A stretch of DNA of 46,195 nt from Octopus bimaculoides (taxonomy: Eukaryota), in assembly GCF_001194135.2 (NCBI RefSeq), contig NC_068984.1, positions 145,768,247 to 145,814,441 of the forward strand, read 5' to 3'. The notes below the pieces were generated by a model, which was given only the letters and a program-made list of their open reading frames with translations, searched no databases and had not been told where the DNA came from. Positions within the stretch are counted from its first letter, which is position 1. The number at the start of each line of letters is the position of its first letter. The translations under genes were made by a program, and so were the position numbers. Shown here one piece after another: positions 34,295 to 46,195 of this stretch.

Positions 34295-34692
34295 ACGCAA
34301 GCATGGCAGTGGTAAGACATTTGCTTCCCAACCCCATGGCTCCGGTTTCAGTCTCACTGCGTGGCGCCTTGGGCAAATACCTTCTGATGAAGCCTCGGGC
34401 CGACCAAAGCTTTAAGAGTGGATATTAGAGACGGAAACTGAAAGAAGCCCGTCCTCTGTGTATGTGTGTGTGTGTGTGCGTGTGTGTGCGTGTGTGTGTG
34501 CGTATGTTCGTGTCTATATTTGTCCGCCACCATCGCTTGACAACCGGTGTTGGTGTGTTTATGCCCCTGTAACTTAGTAATTCAGCAAAAGGTAACGATA
34601 GAATAAGTAATGGGGTTGATTCATTCGACTAAGAATTCTTCATCGCAGTGTCCCAGCATGGCCGCTGCCTAACAACTGAAACAAGTAAAAGA
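34295..34692 (+). mobile_element. SINE family B, full-length bipartite copy (head/CORE - (TG)n - 3' domain - tail)
   Basis: GCAAGCATGGCAGTGGTAAG head through CCCAGCATGGCCGC..CTGAAACAAGTAAAAGA tail. Confidence 0.88.
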
Positions 34693-34886
34693 AAAAAAAT
34701 AAGATCCGTACACGAAATCCCGTCGGGATTTTGTCGGCAACTCCAACGAGTCTTATGATCCAGTCTCGATATTTTCCACCTAAAATATTTCTCACAATAT
34801 ACAAAAAAATATGTCGATGGTTAACAATAAATTCGTCTTTCCGTAAAATAGTGGCCCAATATCGCTTTTATATAACAAAGCAGAGT

Positions 34887-34962
34887 GACCTAATAAACTC
34901 GTCTTACGCAATACATCAGAAAGACCTAATAAACTCGTCTTACGCAATACATCAGAAAGACC
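34887..34962. repeat. Perfect 36-bp tandem duplication (2 copies + 4 bp)
   Basis: GACCTAATAAACTCGTCTTACGCAATACATCAGAAA x2. Confidence 0.95.
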
Positions 34963-35631
34963 GGTAAACACGTCTTTAAAATTTTTCTAGTTTTTTTAAG
35001 AATTTGTGTATGTGTGTACATGTATGTGTACGTGTATGTGCATGCATGTTTGTGTGTGCGTGTGAGTGTGTGTACACGTGTGTGTGTGTATGTGTATGCG
35101 TCCGTATGAGTATGCGTATGTGCATACATGTGGGTGGAGCGTGAGTGCATGCGTATATGTGTAAGTATATGTGCGCTTGTGTATGTATATATATATATAT
35201 ATGTGTGTGTGTATGCATGCGTGTGTAAATGTGTGTGTGAGTATGTGTGCCCCGCACTGTTTGTATGTATGCGTTCTTGCTGAGTCATGAACCGTCACAT
35301 ATCCTGTTTGTGCCTGTTGCTGCGCTGCTTCTTATAACATAGAAAAGAGATCAACGTACTCAACCAATATATTAGATTGGTGGTGGATTAGGCCAAGTCA
35401 GAAAACAACAGTGGTGTACAAACAACACATTTAATCCCATCATGGATTAAGACATCCTTGTAAGGAACTTCAATATCTCCTCAACAATCCACAGCAAGCT
35501 ACAAAGTACGCACCATTGCGCTTCGCATTATCACAAGCAGTGCACAGACCACATCCTAGATTGCCGTACAACGAAACCAAAATACTAAATATGAAAGATC
35601 TGGATATATAATACTATATACGATGGCTATT

Positions 35632-35975
35632 ACTCTTTTACTTGTTTTCAGCTCGAGAGCTGTGGCCATCGTCATCATTAACACCCTTTTTACCCACTGT
35701 CCTCGTTTGAGGACAGTTGTATTTGGTTTGTTTATTGCTATAAAGGTTAACTGGACGCTTCCGTATGTTTGTTGTCCCTATTTATATAACTATCTTCAAA
35801 ATTTCGACAGGGTTAACCTGGGTTTAATTGGGTTAATCTCCCTTTGGTGAATGAAAGAGTTTGATGTTGCTTCCCTCATCTGCATTTCCTGCCAAGATGT
35901 TGGTTCATCCGGGACTCCAAGTTCTTTTTTGAAGAAATCTACTTCGACTCCATGTAGGTTTCTCAAGTCTTTCGG
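35632..35975 (-). mobile_element. 5'-truncated LINE 3' end (CR1/L2-group, clade tentative)
   Basis: Minus frame PKDLRNLHGVEVDFFKKELGVPDEPTSWQEMQMREATSNSFIHQ resembles the ORF2 C-terminus of invertebrate CR1/L2-like LINEs. A tail ATGGCCACAGC..CTGAAAACAAGTAAAAGA follows at about 35632-35668. Confidence 0.55.
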
Positions 35976-36089
35976 GCGGATATTTTCTACAAATCATAAA
36001 GATATTGATACTTTATAATTCCTTTTTCGAGTTCGATCGGAACCTCAAGGTGCGTCTCTAACACTAAAAACTCGAACCGAACTGGGTCA
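35976..36089 (+). pseudogene. COX1: NUMT: decayed 5' end of mitochondrial cytochrome c oxidase subunit I
   Basis: TTTTCTACAAATCATAAAGATATTG matches the LCO1490 primer region. The frame reads FSTNHKDIDTL*FLFRVRSEPQGASLTLKTRTELGH versus COX1 FSTNHKDIGTLYF.FG.W...G.SL...IRTELGQ; collinear, with one stop. Confidence 0.88.
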
Positions 36090-36267
36090 TGTACAGTTTG
36101 TGGCCGCGGTCAATCTAACCTACATTCCACTACGTGAGATTTTCGCTCCGATCACCCAGACACATATAGCCCCATTCTATAGCAGAACCTTAACGACACT
36201 ATCTTTCCCACTCACTTCAGACGAATAATTAATAAAATATCATGTTTACGGAAATAACTACATAACC

Positions 36268-36523
36268 CAGTTATTCCCAATCGGGGTCCATTTAGCCCTT
36301 GGGGTTCCATATACGATTTTGTGGTTAAAATTTATGCGCAACAAATCGTTTCTACTTCTAAAATACACAAAATATATTAACAATTATTTTATACGATCCC
36401 TTATAATATTTAATTATAAAAATATGATAGGATTTTTTTTTAACGCCGAATATCTCCGGAGGTCCAGAAGAGTAAATTAGGGATAAAAGGGGTCAAGGAG
36501 TGAAAGGTTGTTGAGAACCACCG
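36268..36523. mobile_element. Decayed hAT (Charlie-like) MITE
   Basis: Left CAGTTATTCCCAATCGGGGTCC and right AAAGGTTG..GAGAACCACCG resemble CAGTGGTTCCCAAC / GTTGGGAACCACTG termini; no clear TSD. Confidence 0.45.
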
Positions 36524-37356
36524 ACACCACACGACATACAAGCAGACGGTAAACAAATACACACACACGAACATTCACACGCACGCACACAACACACACG
36601 AGCACTCACGCATATACATATTTATTTCTTTATTGCCCACNNNNNNNNNNNNNNNNNNNNNNNNNNNNNNNNNNNNNNNNNNNNNNNNNNNNNNNNNNNN
36701 NNNNNNNNNNNNNNNNNNNNNNNNNNNNNNNNNNNNNNNNNNNNNNNNNNNNNNNNNNNNNNNNNNNNNNNNNNNNNNNNNNNNNNNNNNNNNNNNNNNN
36801 NNNNNNNNNNNNNNNNNNNNNNNNNNNNNNNNNNNNNNNNNNNNNNNNNNNNNNNNNNNNNNNNNNNNNNNNNNNNNNNNNNNNNNNNNNNNNNNNNNNN
36901 NNNNNNNNNNNNNNNNNNNNNNNNNNNNNNNNNNNNNNNNNNNNNNNNNNNNNNNNNNNNNNNNNNNNNNNNNNNNNNNNNNNNNNNNNNNNNNNNNNNN
37001 NNNNNNNNNNNNNNNNNNNNNNNNNNNNNNNNNNNNNNNNNNNNNNNNNNNNNNNNNNNNNNNNNNNNNNNNNNNNNNNNNNNNNNNNNNNNNNNNNNNN
37101 NNNNNNNNNNNNNNNNNNNNNNNNNNNNNNNNNNNNNNNNNNNNNNNNNNNNNNNNNNNNNNNNNNNNNNNNNNNNNNNNNNNNNNNNNNNNNNNNNNNN
37201 NNNNNNNNNNNNNNNNNNNNNNNNNNNNNNNNNNNNCTTACCAGTTATTTACATATCTATTCAAACGACAATCGACAATCGACCAACGTAATGAGCTAAA
37301 TTCCAAACATTCTTTTTTAAAACAGTTGACATATTCATTCGACCGCTATTACAATG

Positions 37357-37409
<53 letters not shown>

Positions 37410-37628
37410 CCTTTCTACATTAGGCAGAAGGCCTGGAATTTGTGGGGAGGGGGATAAGTCGATCCCATCGACCTCAGTACGCGACTGGTGCTTAATTTAT
37501 CGACCCTGAAAGGATGAAAGGCAAAGTCGACCAACCTCGGCGAGATTTGAACTCAGAACGCAAAGACGGACGAAATACCACTAAGCATTTTGCCCGGTGT
37601 GTTAACGATCCTACCAGCCAGCTGCCTC
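37410..37628 (-). mobile_element. SINE family A, full length
   Basis: TCGACCCTGAAAGGATGAAAGGCAAAGTCGAC..ATTTGAACTCAGAACG..AAATACCACTAAGCATTTTGCCCGG. Confidence 0.88.
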
Positions 37629-37642
37629 AAGAACAACAACAT

Positions 37643-37673
<31 letters not shown>

Positions 37674-37824
37674 AACAACAACAACAACAAAAGATAATTA
37701 GCTTTTCTTTATTGGCCGTAAGAGTCGCAAAAAGCATTTAGGACAACACAAACGCACACACATATTCATGTGTATATACTCATTTACGCGCGCGCACGCA
37801 TATNNNNNNNNNNACACACACATA

Positions 37825-37980
37825 TAAACGACAGGCCTCCACGCGATTTCCGCCAACAAAATTTGCTCGCAAGTCATTGATAGACCTGGGGATATGACAA
37901 ACACTTGCCCAGGCTGCTGCGAAATAGGCATGAACACAGAAGCACATGGTTGTAAAGGGACCTTCTCAGCCACACACCTG
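37825..37980 (-). mobile_element. SINE family B, 5' half (diverged)
   Basis: ACACTTGCCCAGGCTGCTGCG..TTCTCAGCCACACA. Confidence 0.65.
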
Positions 37981-38279
37981 TTCCTGCTCCTAGTTGAAAA
38001 CTTTAATAAGGGTTTGTCCGAAGATGACGGTGTCTGACTTTAGTCCTTGCAATCTCTTCTCTCACACTTGTCAAAGCCAATGGACAAAGGAGACCCTATA
38101 TTCTTTGCTAAAAGATCCGCCCTATGCTTGGTGATATGTGTTCAATGTTACCCCCGTAATCAACCAGTAACCTACGAACATACAGAACAGTTTTATCGAT
38201 CTCCATAGACCTCAGATCTCAGATAAGCCGAGGTGAGAGCACTTCAGTGATTGTAGAGTTTATGCTAAACCCTCATGCT

Positions 38280-38453
38280 CATTGCCGTCTTAGAAGCATT
38301 ATAGGCACCACCCCCGGGCAAATCAATGTACTGGGCCTTATAGCATTTATTTATTAAAAGCAAACCACAACATAAATAGATCAGAATTGGGCCCTTACAC
38401 TTCTGGCACTCTCGACCAACTACACAACGTGCCCAAGCCTGAGGACGGCACTA
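38280..38453. mobile_element. hAT-type MITE with degenerate 8-bp TSD
   Basis: TIRs ATTGCCGTCTTA (38281) / TGAGGACGGCACT (38440-38452), flanked by CTCATGCT (38272-38279) and CTCATACC (38454-38461), 6/8 identical. Confidence 0.6.
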
Positions 38454-38673
38454 CTCATACCACTATCATTTCCGGGCCAAGGAGTTCTGGAATTTTCACA
38501 TGTAGCACGAAACAAACATGTAGAGTAATACGAAATTTATGACTTAACGAAAGTTTTGAGCTCTGCTCGCATACAGACCCCCAGTATTCTGCAAGAAAGC
38601 TTCGGCAGCTTGCTATTTTTACTCGTAATGTTTTACATGAATATAAGTCTGTAGGCACACACACATGCATGCA

Positions 38674-38750
<77 letters not shown>

Positions 38751-39899
38751 NNNNNNNNNNNNNNNNNNNNNNNNNNNNNNNNNNNNNNNNNNNNNNNNNN
38801 NNNNNNNNNNNNNNNNNNNNNNNNNNNNNNNNNNNNNNNNNNNNNNNNNNNNNNNNNNNNNNNNNNNNNNNNNNNNNNNNNNNNNNNNNNNNNNNNNNNN
38901 NNNNNNNNNNNNNNNNNNNNNNNNNNNNNNNNNNNNNNNNNNNNNNNNNNNNNNNNNNNNNNNNNNNNNNNNNNNNNNNNNNNNNNNNNNNNNNNNNNNN
39001 NNNNNNNNNNNNNNNNNNNNNNNNNNNNNNNNNNNNNNNNNNNNNNNNNNNNNNNNNNNNNNNNNNNNNNNNNNNNNNNNNNNNNNNNNNNNNNNNNNNN
39101 NNNNNNNNNNNNNNNNNNNNNNNNNNNNNNNNNNNNNNNNNNNNNNNNNNNNNNNNNNNNNNNNNNNNNNNNNNNNNNNNNNNNNNNNNNNNNNNNNNNN
39201 NNNNNNNNNNNNNNNNNNNNNNNNNNNNNNNNNNNNNNNNNNNNNNNNNNNNNNNNNNNNNNNNNNNNNNNNNNNNNNNNNNNNNNNNNNNNNNNNNNNN
39301 NNNNNNNNNNNNNNNNNNNNNNNNNNNNNNNNNNNNNNNNNNNNNNNNNNNTGGTGGTGGTGGTGGTGGTGGTGGTGGCGGTGGTGGTGGTGGTGATTGC
39401 TTTCATTCAGATTCACTATCAAATGCCGTAATTCGGTCAATGGCTCTACCTAAGAAGCATGACTCACCAAAACGTATTGTACAGAGTCAATATTCTCTTT
39501 AAAGATAACATTTATACCGCTGCTAGCTGTTGTTTTTAACGTGTCAAATTTTTAACCCTCCCCACCCATATGCATGTATGTATGCATGTATGTATATATG
39601 TATGTATATTATATATGTGACTACCATCACATGGTAATACGATTAAATAATAAACCAATTATTTTTAGCAGATCCTGTTTCCAGTTTCCAATAATACAGT
39701 TTCTAAATACAAGTAAAGTTTGGTAAATGGAATGTTTCGTTGCTAGATTCTCAGATAAAACCAGGAAGAAACGCTGCTATTTGATAATAGCAGCATCAAA
39801 ACCTAGATATTATCAACCGAGTGCTGTGTTTTCTGGTCAAAAGATCAACGTTTCCGAGCAATGAGAAATCTAAAGATAATTCCAAAATTTGCAGAAATG

Positions 39900-40310
39900 C
39901 GAACGTGATTATGCGGTTAAGAGGTTCGCTTGGCGACCACGTGGTTTTGGGTTCAGACCTCATTATATGACTGGTTTTCATAGGGATTTCGTCTTCCAAA
40001 TCCACTCGCAAGGTTCTGGTCGGCCCGGAACTAAAGGAGAAAACGTTTAACCAAGATGTCGCCCAGTGGAGACTGAACCGAAACGGCTTGATTACCAATC
40101 GAACTTGTGAACCCCACATCCGTTCTTACGCTTATGTTAACCATGCACATGCACTTATCCTTTATCTTTTAGTTATTCCAGTCATGAGACTGCGGCCATG
40201 CTGGGGCATCGCCTTCAAGAATTTTATTCGAACGAGTCGACCTCTGTGCTTATTTTTTTAAAAGCCCGGTGCTTATTCTATCGCTAAGCTATGGGCACGT
40301 AAACACACGC
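39900..40310. mobile_element. Cluster of SINE family B pieces: + head fragment (about 39900-39965), - 5' half (about 39985-40120), - 3' half (about 40165-40310)
   Basis: Head, CORE and tail motifs as in the other copies. Confidence 0.7.
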
Positions 40311-40572
40311 ATACATACATAAATACACACACGTACACACATACACACGCGCACACATACATGCACACACACTCATATTAAGATATGCTATGCACAAACA
40401 CATATATTCACACACATACATACAAAGATACACACACGCACACTCATATTTAGATATGTTATGTAGAGCATTTAAGTGTCTATGCATCTTTATGTGTGTG
40501 TGTGTGTGTGTATTTGTATATGTGTTTGTGTGTATAAATGTGTGTGTATGTGTATATATATANNNNNNNNNN

Positions 40573-40603
<31 letters not shown>

Positions 40604-40942
40604 ATAGATTATGTATATACATGTACGAATGTATAATTAAACATGCCATTTAGGACATACGCTTGTTCTACAGATCACAATGTGTGTGAGTGCACGTGTG
40701 TTTGAGCTGGTGTGAATGTGCGTACGTCAATGTGTGTGTGTGTGTGTATGTGCGCGCGCGCGAATGGATAATATATGTTTCTACGTCCTGCATGGTACAT
40801 CGTAATTAGTGTAAACAAATAAACAAAATATTTAATCACCAAAAGATCTTTATTACTAATCAGAAACTAACATAACCTGAGACCAACGTCGATACGAATT
40901 TAAATAAACAAACAATGATTCGGTAATGTAGACATAATTAGA

Positions 40943-41316
40943 AACAAGAGCACTCAGAGAGCGCAAACCTCCGCCAGGTCAACACCAATGTCCTCTCAAC
41001 GATTAACCGGAGATGAGTCTTAAAATGAGAATATCTGAAATAAACTCAACTGCTCTCACAAACGAGAATACTAAAAATGAACCCGACCGCTCTCAAAAAT
41101 TAAGGAAAGTAAATATAACCAATAATCCACAATCCTTGTCCTGTACCGGATCGATCCCAAAATCTAATCAGTTCGTGCCAGTTAAGAGGCTAAACATTCC
41201 TGAAAGTTTCATCCGAATCCATCCAGCGGTTCTTGAGATATCTTGTCCACGGACAAACAAACAAGCAAACGCCACTGAAAACAATACCTCCGCCTTCGCT
41301 AATGGTGGAGGTAAAA
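40943..41316 (+). mobile_element. Non-autonomous Helentron/HINE (DINE-1-like) element
   Basis: Starts AACAAGAGCACTCAGAGAGCGCAAACCTCCGCC and ends with the hairpin TACCTCCGCC-ttcgctaat-GGTGGAGGTA, whose right arm is also an inverted repeat of the 5' ACCTCCGCC (subterminal IR + 3' hairpin); T/A-rich flanks. Confidence 0.55.
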
Positions 41317-42229
41317 ATATACACAGTTATTTCCATTCATGTTTGAAGACTTATTTTCCTTGATGTCAAGAGATGCATAAACACTAATCGTACGCACACA
41401 TAAACATATACATATGTAAATACACACACATACATACATACACGCACATATCTATAAAAATATATTGCAATCTATGTAACGTTCTTAATGCGAATGCACC
41501 GTTGAAAGGCATTCATCCAGGGATTAACTTCTCTTATGGACGTGCTGTGTTAAAAACACAATAAATATCAGAAGGGGACGAAAAATCGCTTCAGTAGCAA
41601 GGAGCCAGCTTGAATGCTTTGATGCATTTCAATCTTTTGGAGGCCTTTTGAATGAAGTGCATTCGTAGCCAGCCACATACCTGGATGAGAATACGTTGCC
41701 TCTGATTTTGGAAACGCAGAATAAAATGCTTATCGATCTTGCAAACAACGTTCTTGATGGCACCTGCTGCTGCTGCTGCTGCTGCTGGGGCGATTTTTCG
41801 TTCCCTCCTTGTATTTATGTTTTTGACACAGCACTTCCATTCGAGATGTTATCTCAGGTGAAATACTGCAGTTACTAGTGTAATATGTATGGGTCTGTGA
41901 ATGCGTGTGTATATCTCTCCGCCTGTCTGTCTGTCTATCTGCCTGTATGTATGTATGTATGCATGTCTGTGAGTATGTGTGTATATGAGTGTGTATATAT
42001 ATGTACATGTGGAGGGTGGGTACAGGCTTGTATGTTCTCTACTAATTTAATGATTTAAATTCTTCCTCTGAGAAAGGAGATTGTTTCTAAAAAAAGATAC
42101 AAAGCTCAATATTTAGAATGTAGATATCAAGAAACAATGTCACATTCTGAATTTGAGAAAAGTTTTGCATATTTTTACTGTTCCACTTACACATTGTCTA
42201 TGTAACGTGTGTGTGGTACTTGGTTGATT

Positions 42230-42700
42230 TCTTTTTCAGTTTAGGCAGGTTGTCACTTAGGCATTTCCTAATAAAATCAAGTGCACCAATCATTATTGGT
42301 ACAAATGTGAATTTGTAATCTGGATACAGGAGCTGAAGGTTTCGAAACAGTTATCCATAATTACCCTCTTTCTCTTTGATTTTCAAAGAGATATTCCCAT
42401 CACCTTGGCGACTGATCTCAATGTCATACATTTTCTCGTTTGAACTTTTACGTTCGGATTTGGTAGAAATGTTGATGGGAATGTTCTACCAATATTCAGT
42501 AATAGGGTGGGGGGAGTCTCTATATTTATCGCAGGACAGTCTCCTTTTCGGGTGGCATTGTATATTGTTTTAGCGACAACGTCATTTCGCCTTGGAAGGT
42601 CGTACTTGGATGCTATTTGGGGCTGCTGCTGATCACATGTTATCTTCCACAAACCTGTGACGTGATCGACATTTCCGGGTGCATCTCGCTGTTCTAAGGA
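42230..42700 (-). mobile_element. R4/Dong-clade LINE 3' end (CCHC knuckle + restriction-like endonuclease), decayed
   Basis: Minus strand: KCRSRHRFVED.., SKYDLPRRNDVVAKTIYN, EIS..DGNISLKIKEK.GNYG*LFRNLQLLYPDYKFTFVPIMIGAL. Confidence 0.85.
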
Positions 42701-42752
42701 CTTCTATATGTATGCATACACATATATGTATATATATACGCATGTGTGTGTG

Positions 42753-42827
<75 letters not shown>

Positions 42828-43029
42828 CAATAAAGCAGACGAAGAATGAATTTAGCGCATCTTTATTGTTAGTTACAATTGTTTCGTCGTCACTCCGTTT
42901 CTAACGCCATTGCACACCAATGGTTTCATGCGGAATCATTCGCGCTACATTTGCGGTCGATTAAATTGGATTGGCGCTTTATCAGACTGAACCGCGCCCC
43001 TCACTCTTGACTCATAGGAACATTTGAGC

Positions 43030-43200
43030 TGCGAGAGCGTTACCCAACCCTTGATCGGTACACCTTACTGCCGAATAAATTGGAGTAACGTGATATTAAT
43101 ACGTTTTGCAAAAAGCAAAAACAGCAACGTACCACCGGGTACGGGGATTGAACCTACGTCATTGTGATCATGAGCTTAATACTGCTAACCACTAGGCTAG
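43030..43200 (-). mobile_element. SINE family C-like
   Basis: Reverse complement has a TAGCCTAGTGGTTAG A-box and a GGTTCAATCCC B-box. Confidence 0.6.
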
Positions 43201-43559
43201 CAATATTCGCTGCGTCAATAAGCTAAAACGTAAGATAACGTTTAATGTTGGCAGAACCGAACAAAACTGAGGAGATATCAATGTAAGTGAAATTAAATCC
43301 CTGCTGTTGGTCTGAGACACGAGTCATTAGCGAAGTTAATTAGCTAATTATACTTTCATTGCGCACACAGACTTGACACAACTGACGCCTTGATGCCTTG
43401 ATGCTTGCGTATGGCTGTGTATGCGTATGTTTATGTTAGTGTCTGTTTGTGTATGTTTATGTTAATGTGTGTTTGTGTGTGTGTATGCATGTGTGTGTGC
43501 GTGTGTTCGTAAACTGGTAAATATATGGGCCATAGATTGCTATCACTCACCACTTCTTC

Positions 43560-43624
<65 letters not shown>

Positions 43625-43977
43625 ATTTTTCTCTCTCTCGATATAAATATGTATATGTGTGTGTATATATANNNNNNNNNNNNNNNNNNNNNNNNNNNNN
43701 NNNNNNNNNNNNNNNNNNNNNNNNNNNNNNNNNNNNNNNNNNNNNNNNNNNNNNNNNNNNNNNNNNNNNNNNNNNNNNNNNNNNNNNNNNNNNNNNNNNN
43801 NNNNNNNNNNNNNNNNNNNNNNNNNNNNNNNNNNNNNNNNNNNNNNNNNNNNNNNNNNNNNNNNNNNNNNNNNNNNNNNNNNNNNNNNNNNNNNNNNNNN
43901 NNNNNNNNNNNNNNNNNNNNNNNATATATATACAAACACACACAACACACACACGCACACATACACACACCTATCAT

Positions 43978-44018
<41 letters not shown>

Positions 44019-44879
44019 TTTGTGGCTGTTTGTCTTTAAGGCCAGCTATTATCTACTTCTAAAATTTTCTTATAAACAAGAAAACATATCCAAACATTCT
44101 CTACCTCACGGATTCGTCCATTGACTTTTAAAACGAAACAACATGAATTGATATCTTCGGAACATACATTTTCAACTTCTATTACCATCAAAGAATCAGT
44201 TTTTTACCCCTGTATCAAATATTACATTTTTAAAAAAATGTGCTCACAAACGAAATACTCTCTAACTATTAAATTATTGTATGACCAACAAAACTAGGAA
44301 AAGTCTATTTTCAGTTGTTATATGAAAAATAAAAATAGGAAAATTATGTTTTATTTATGCGTTTGGTTTGTAAGATTGTTGATGTTAATTCGTGTGTCCA
44401 AAGAGAATTTGGTGCATCTCGGGAAGGTCATCATGCCAATAATAAATACACACACCAGTTCTATTTCACTTCTTTGTATATGCTAATCATTTAGTTAAGT
44501 ATTTAACCAGTTAATTAGCCGAGTAATTTGTTAATCGTTCGGTCAATTAATCAATCAAACAGACTGGACTGAAAGAAACCTGCAGTAGAGAGCATGCCAT
44601 TGATAAGATCGGGAATGGCCATGAAAAGAGCTTCGACAGCCTATCTGATTGATTGATTGACTGGTTGATTGAGTGAGTGAGTGATTGACCGAACAATTAA
44701 TCAAATTATATATTAATTACTTAAATGGTTAACTAATTGACTAATAATAATTAAAGAAGTGAAATAAAACCAGTGTGTTTATTATTGGTACAATGACCCT
44801 CCCAAGAAACATTGTGCGTGTGTATGTGTGTGTGTAAGAGAGAGAGAGAGAGACTGTGTTTGTGTTTGTTCCCCCCCCC

Positions 44880-45060
44880 CACCAGCCACTGCTTGACAAC
44901 CGGTGTTGGTGTGTTTACGTCCAGAGGTTCGGCAAAAGTAACCCATAGAGTAAGTACCAGACTTTAAGAAGTAAGCACCTGGGTCGATTCATTCAAAAAA
45001 GAATTCTTCAAGGCAGTGCCCCAGCATAGCCGCAGTCTAATGACTGAAACAAGTAAATAA
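44880..45060 (+). mobile_element. SINE family B, 3' half
   Basis: GCTTGACAACCGGTGTTGGTGTGTTTACG..CCCCAGCATAGCCGCAGTCTAATGACTGAAACAAGTAAA. Confidence 0.85.
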
Positions 45061-45381
45061 TAAAGATATGTGTGTGTGTATGTTTGTGTGTATGTGTGTG
45101 TGTGAGTGAGTGAGTGAGATAGCGTGTATGCATATGTGCGTGTCAATGGGTGTCGGAGTGTGTAGCGGTTCCTGGTTAGGTTAGTTCTACCATGAAGAGG
45201 TAAGAGAACGGAAAAGAATGTTGCGTCGAAACAGCGGTGGCGGCGGCGGCGGCGGTGGTGGTGGTGGATGGGGGGAGGGGCNNNNNNNNNNNNNNNNNNN
45301 NNNNNNNNNNNNNNNNNNNNNNNNNNNNNNNNNNNNNNNNNNNNNNNNNNNNNNNNNNNNNNNNNNNNNNNNNNNNNNNNN

Positions 45382-45422
<41 letters not shown>

Positions 45423-45549
45423 TACTCTCCCGTCGAAGATGGCGTATGAACTTTCAGCTTTTGCCGAACGACCTGTATATTATGTGCTGTATATTATTTC
45501 TCTCTCTCTCCATCAAATCAACGTTGCCTAAACAGGTGCACTGTGTGTG

Positions 45550-45665
45550 TGCCACGTGTCAGATGTCGAAGTGGTCGCAGAGCAACGTGAGATGAAGTGT
45601 AACACAAGGCACCACATGATCGCGATTGTGTGTGCAGCACCCTAACCACTAGGCTATGCGTCCTC
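45550..45665 (-). mobile_element. SINE family C, 5' part
   Basis: Reverse complement reads GCATAGCCTAGTGGTTAGGGTGCTG..CACTTCATCTCACGTTGCTCTG. Confidence 0.6.
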
Positions 45666-46029
45666 ATATATATATCTAAGTTATAGAGCAGTAGAGTATT
45701 TTGATATAGGGTTACCCAGAGTTTCGCGTCCAAAAAGCGCTTAGGTTTAGATACGTTTCGTCGGACCCTAACCTCTCTTCAAAACGCGGGGAGAAAAGGC
45801 CTCGTGGCTAGTTACTGAACACACAGATGAAGAAGAAAGGTCAATCGCAAGGAATTGTCTGTCTGTTCAATAATTAGCTACAAGGATTTTTCTCTCTCTG
45901 TTTTGAAGAGAAGATAGAGGTCACCGGCCATTAGGGTCTGACAAGACGCATGTAAAGCTAAGCGCGAAACCCTGGGTAACCCCATACACCGACCATAACT
46001 ACCTTTGTCTCTCTATCTATCTATCTCTT

Positions 46030-46065
<36 letters not shown>

Positions 46066-46195
46066 AACAAAAGTAAATGAGTATATGCATATATACGTAC
46101 AGGTATGTGCATACCGACATCCACCTGTATGGATAGGTGCATATCTGGGTACAGGACATTGCAAACAAACGTAGACGAGAACACACGAGCCACAT

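Noticed and set aside
34887-34962. CRISPR array (36-bp direct repeat)
   Set aside because: The units are contiguous with no spacers, there are no cas genes, and the context is eukaryotic.
36130-36185. DHPDTYSPIL as a second COX1 piece (GHPEVYILIL)
   Set aside because: Similarity covers only about 30 nt and the flanks do not align.
39417-39502. Possible terminal exon SLSNAVIRSMALPKKHDSPKRIVQSQYSL*
   Set aside because: Short, with an equally plausible splice pattern on the opposite strand; no way to choose from sequence alone.
44490-44745. Imperfect AT-rich inverted repeat
   Set aside because: Low complexity and low identity, with no TIR, TSD or ribozyme motif.

Overview
Eukaryotic nuclear DNA from a gappy short-read assembly (22 N-gaps, about 8.4 kb, nearly all bordered by microsatellites). 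The SINE types, extreme microsatellite load and mollusc-like mitochondrial fragments point to an octopus genome (inference). No intact protein-coding gene, rRNA, tRNA or CRISPR array is supportable; the window looks intronic or intergenic, with only a few weak candidate exons. Recognisable content: about 30 copies or fragments of three tRNA-derived SINE families, decayed Tc1, Tx1/L1, two R4/Dong pieces, a CR1/L2-like 3' end, hAT and Helentron-like non-autonomous elements, and two old mitochondrial insertions (ND1, COX1). The most interesting signal is repeated minimal type-I hammerhead ribozyme motifs (CTGAnGA...GAAA + palindromic helix III + cleavage triplet) of the Penelope-like-element type. 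Three loci are foldback elements with back-to-back hammerheads (second arm truncated at one); five solo motifs all lie on the minus strand. Also notable: a COX1 NUMT fused to the 5' truncation point of a LINE, five perfect CRE palindromes confined to 24-32 kb, two loop-free 66-68 bp palindromes, and a misplaced inverted contig next to a possible inversion breakpoint. Family names come from motif recognition, not database searches.
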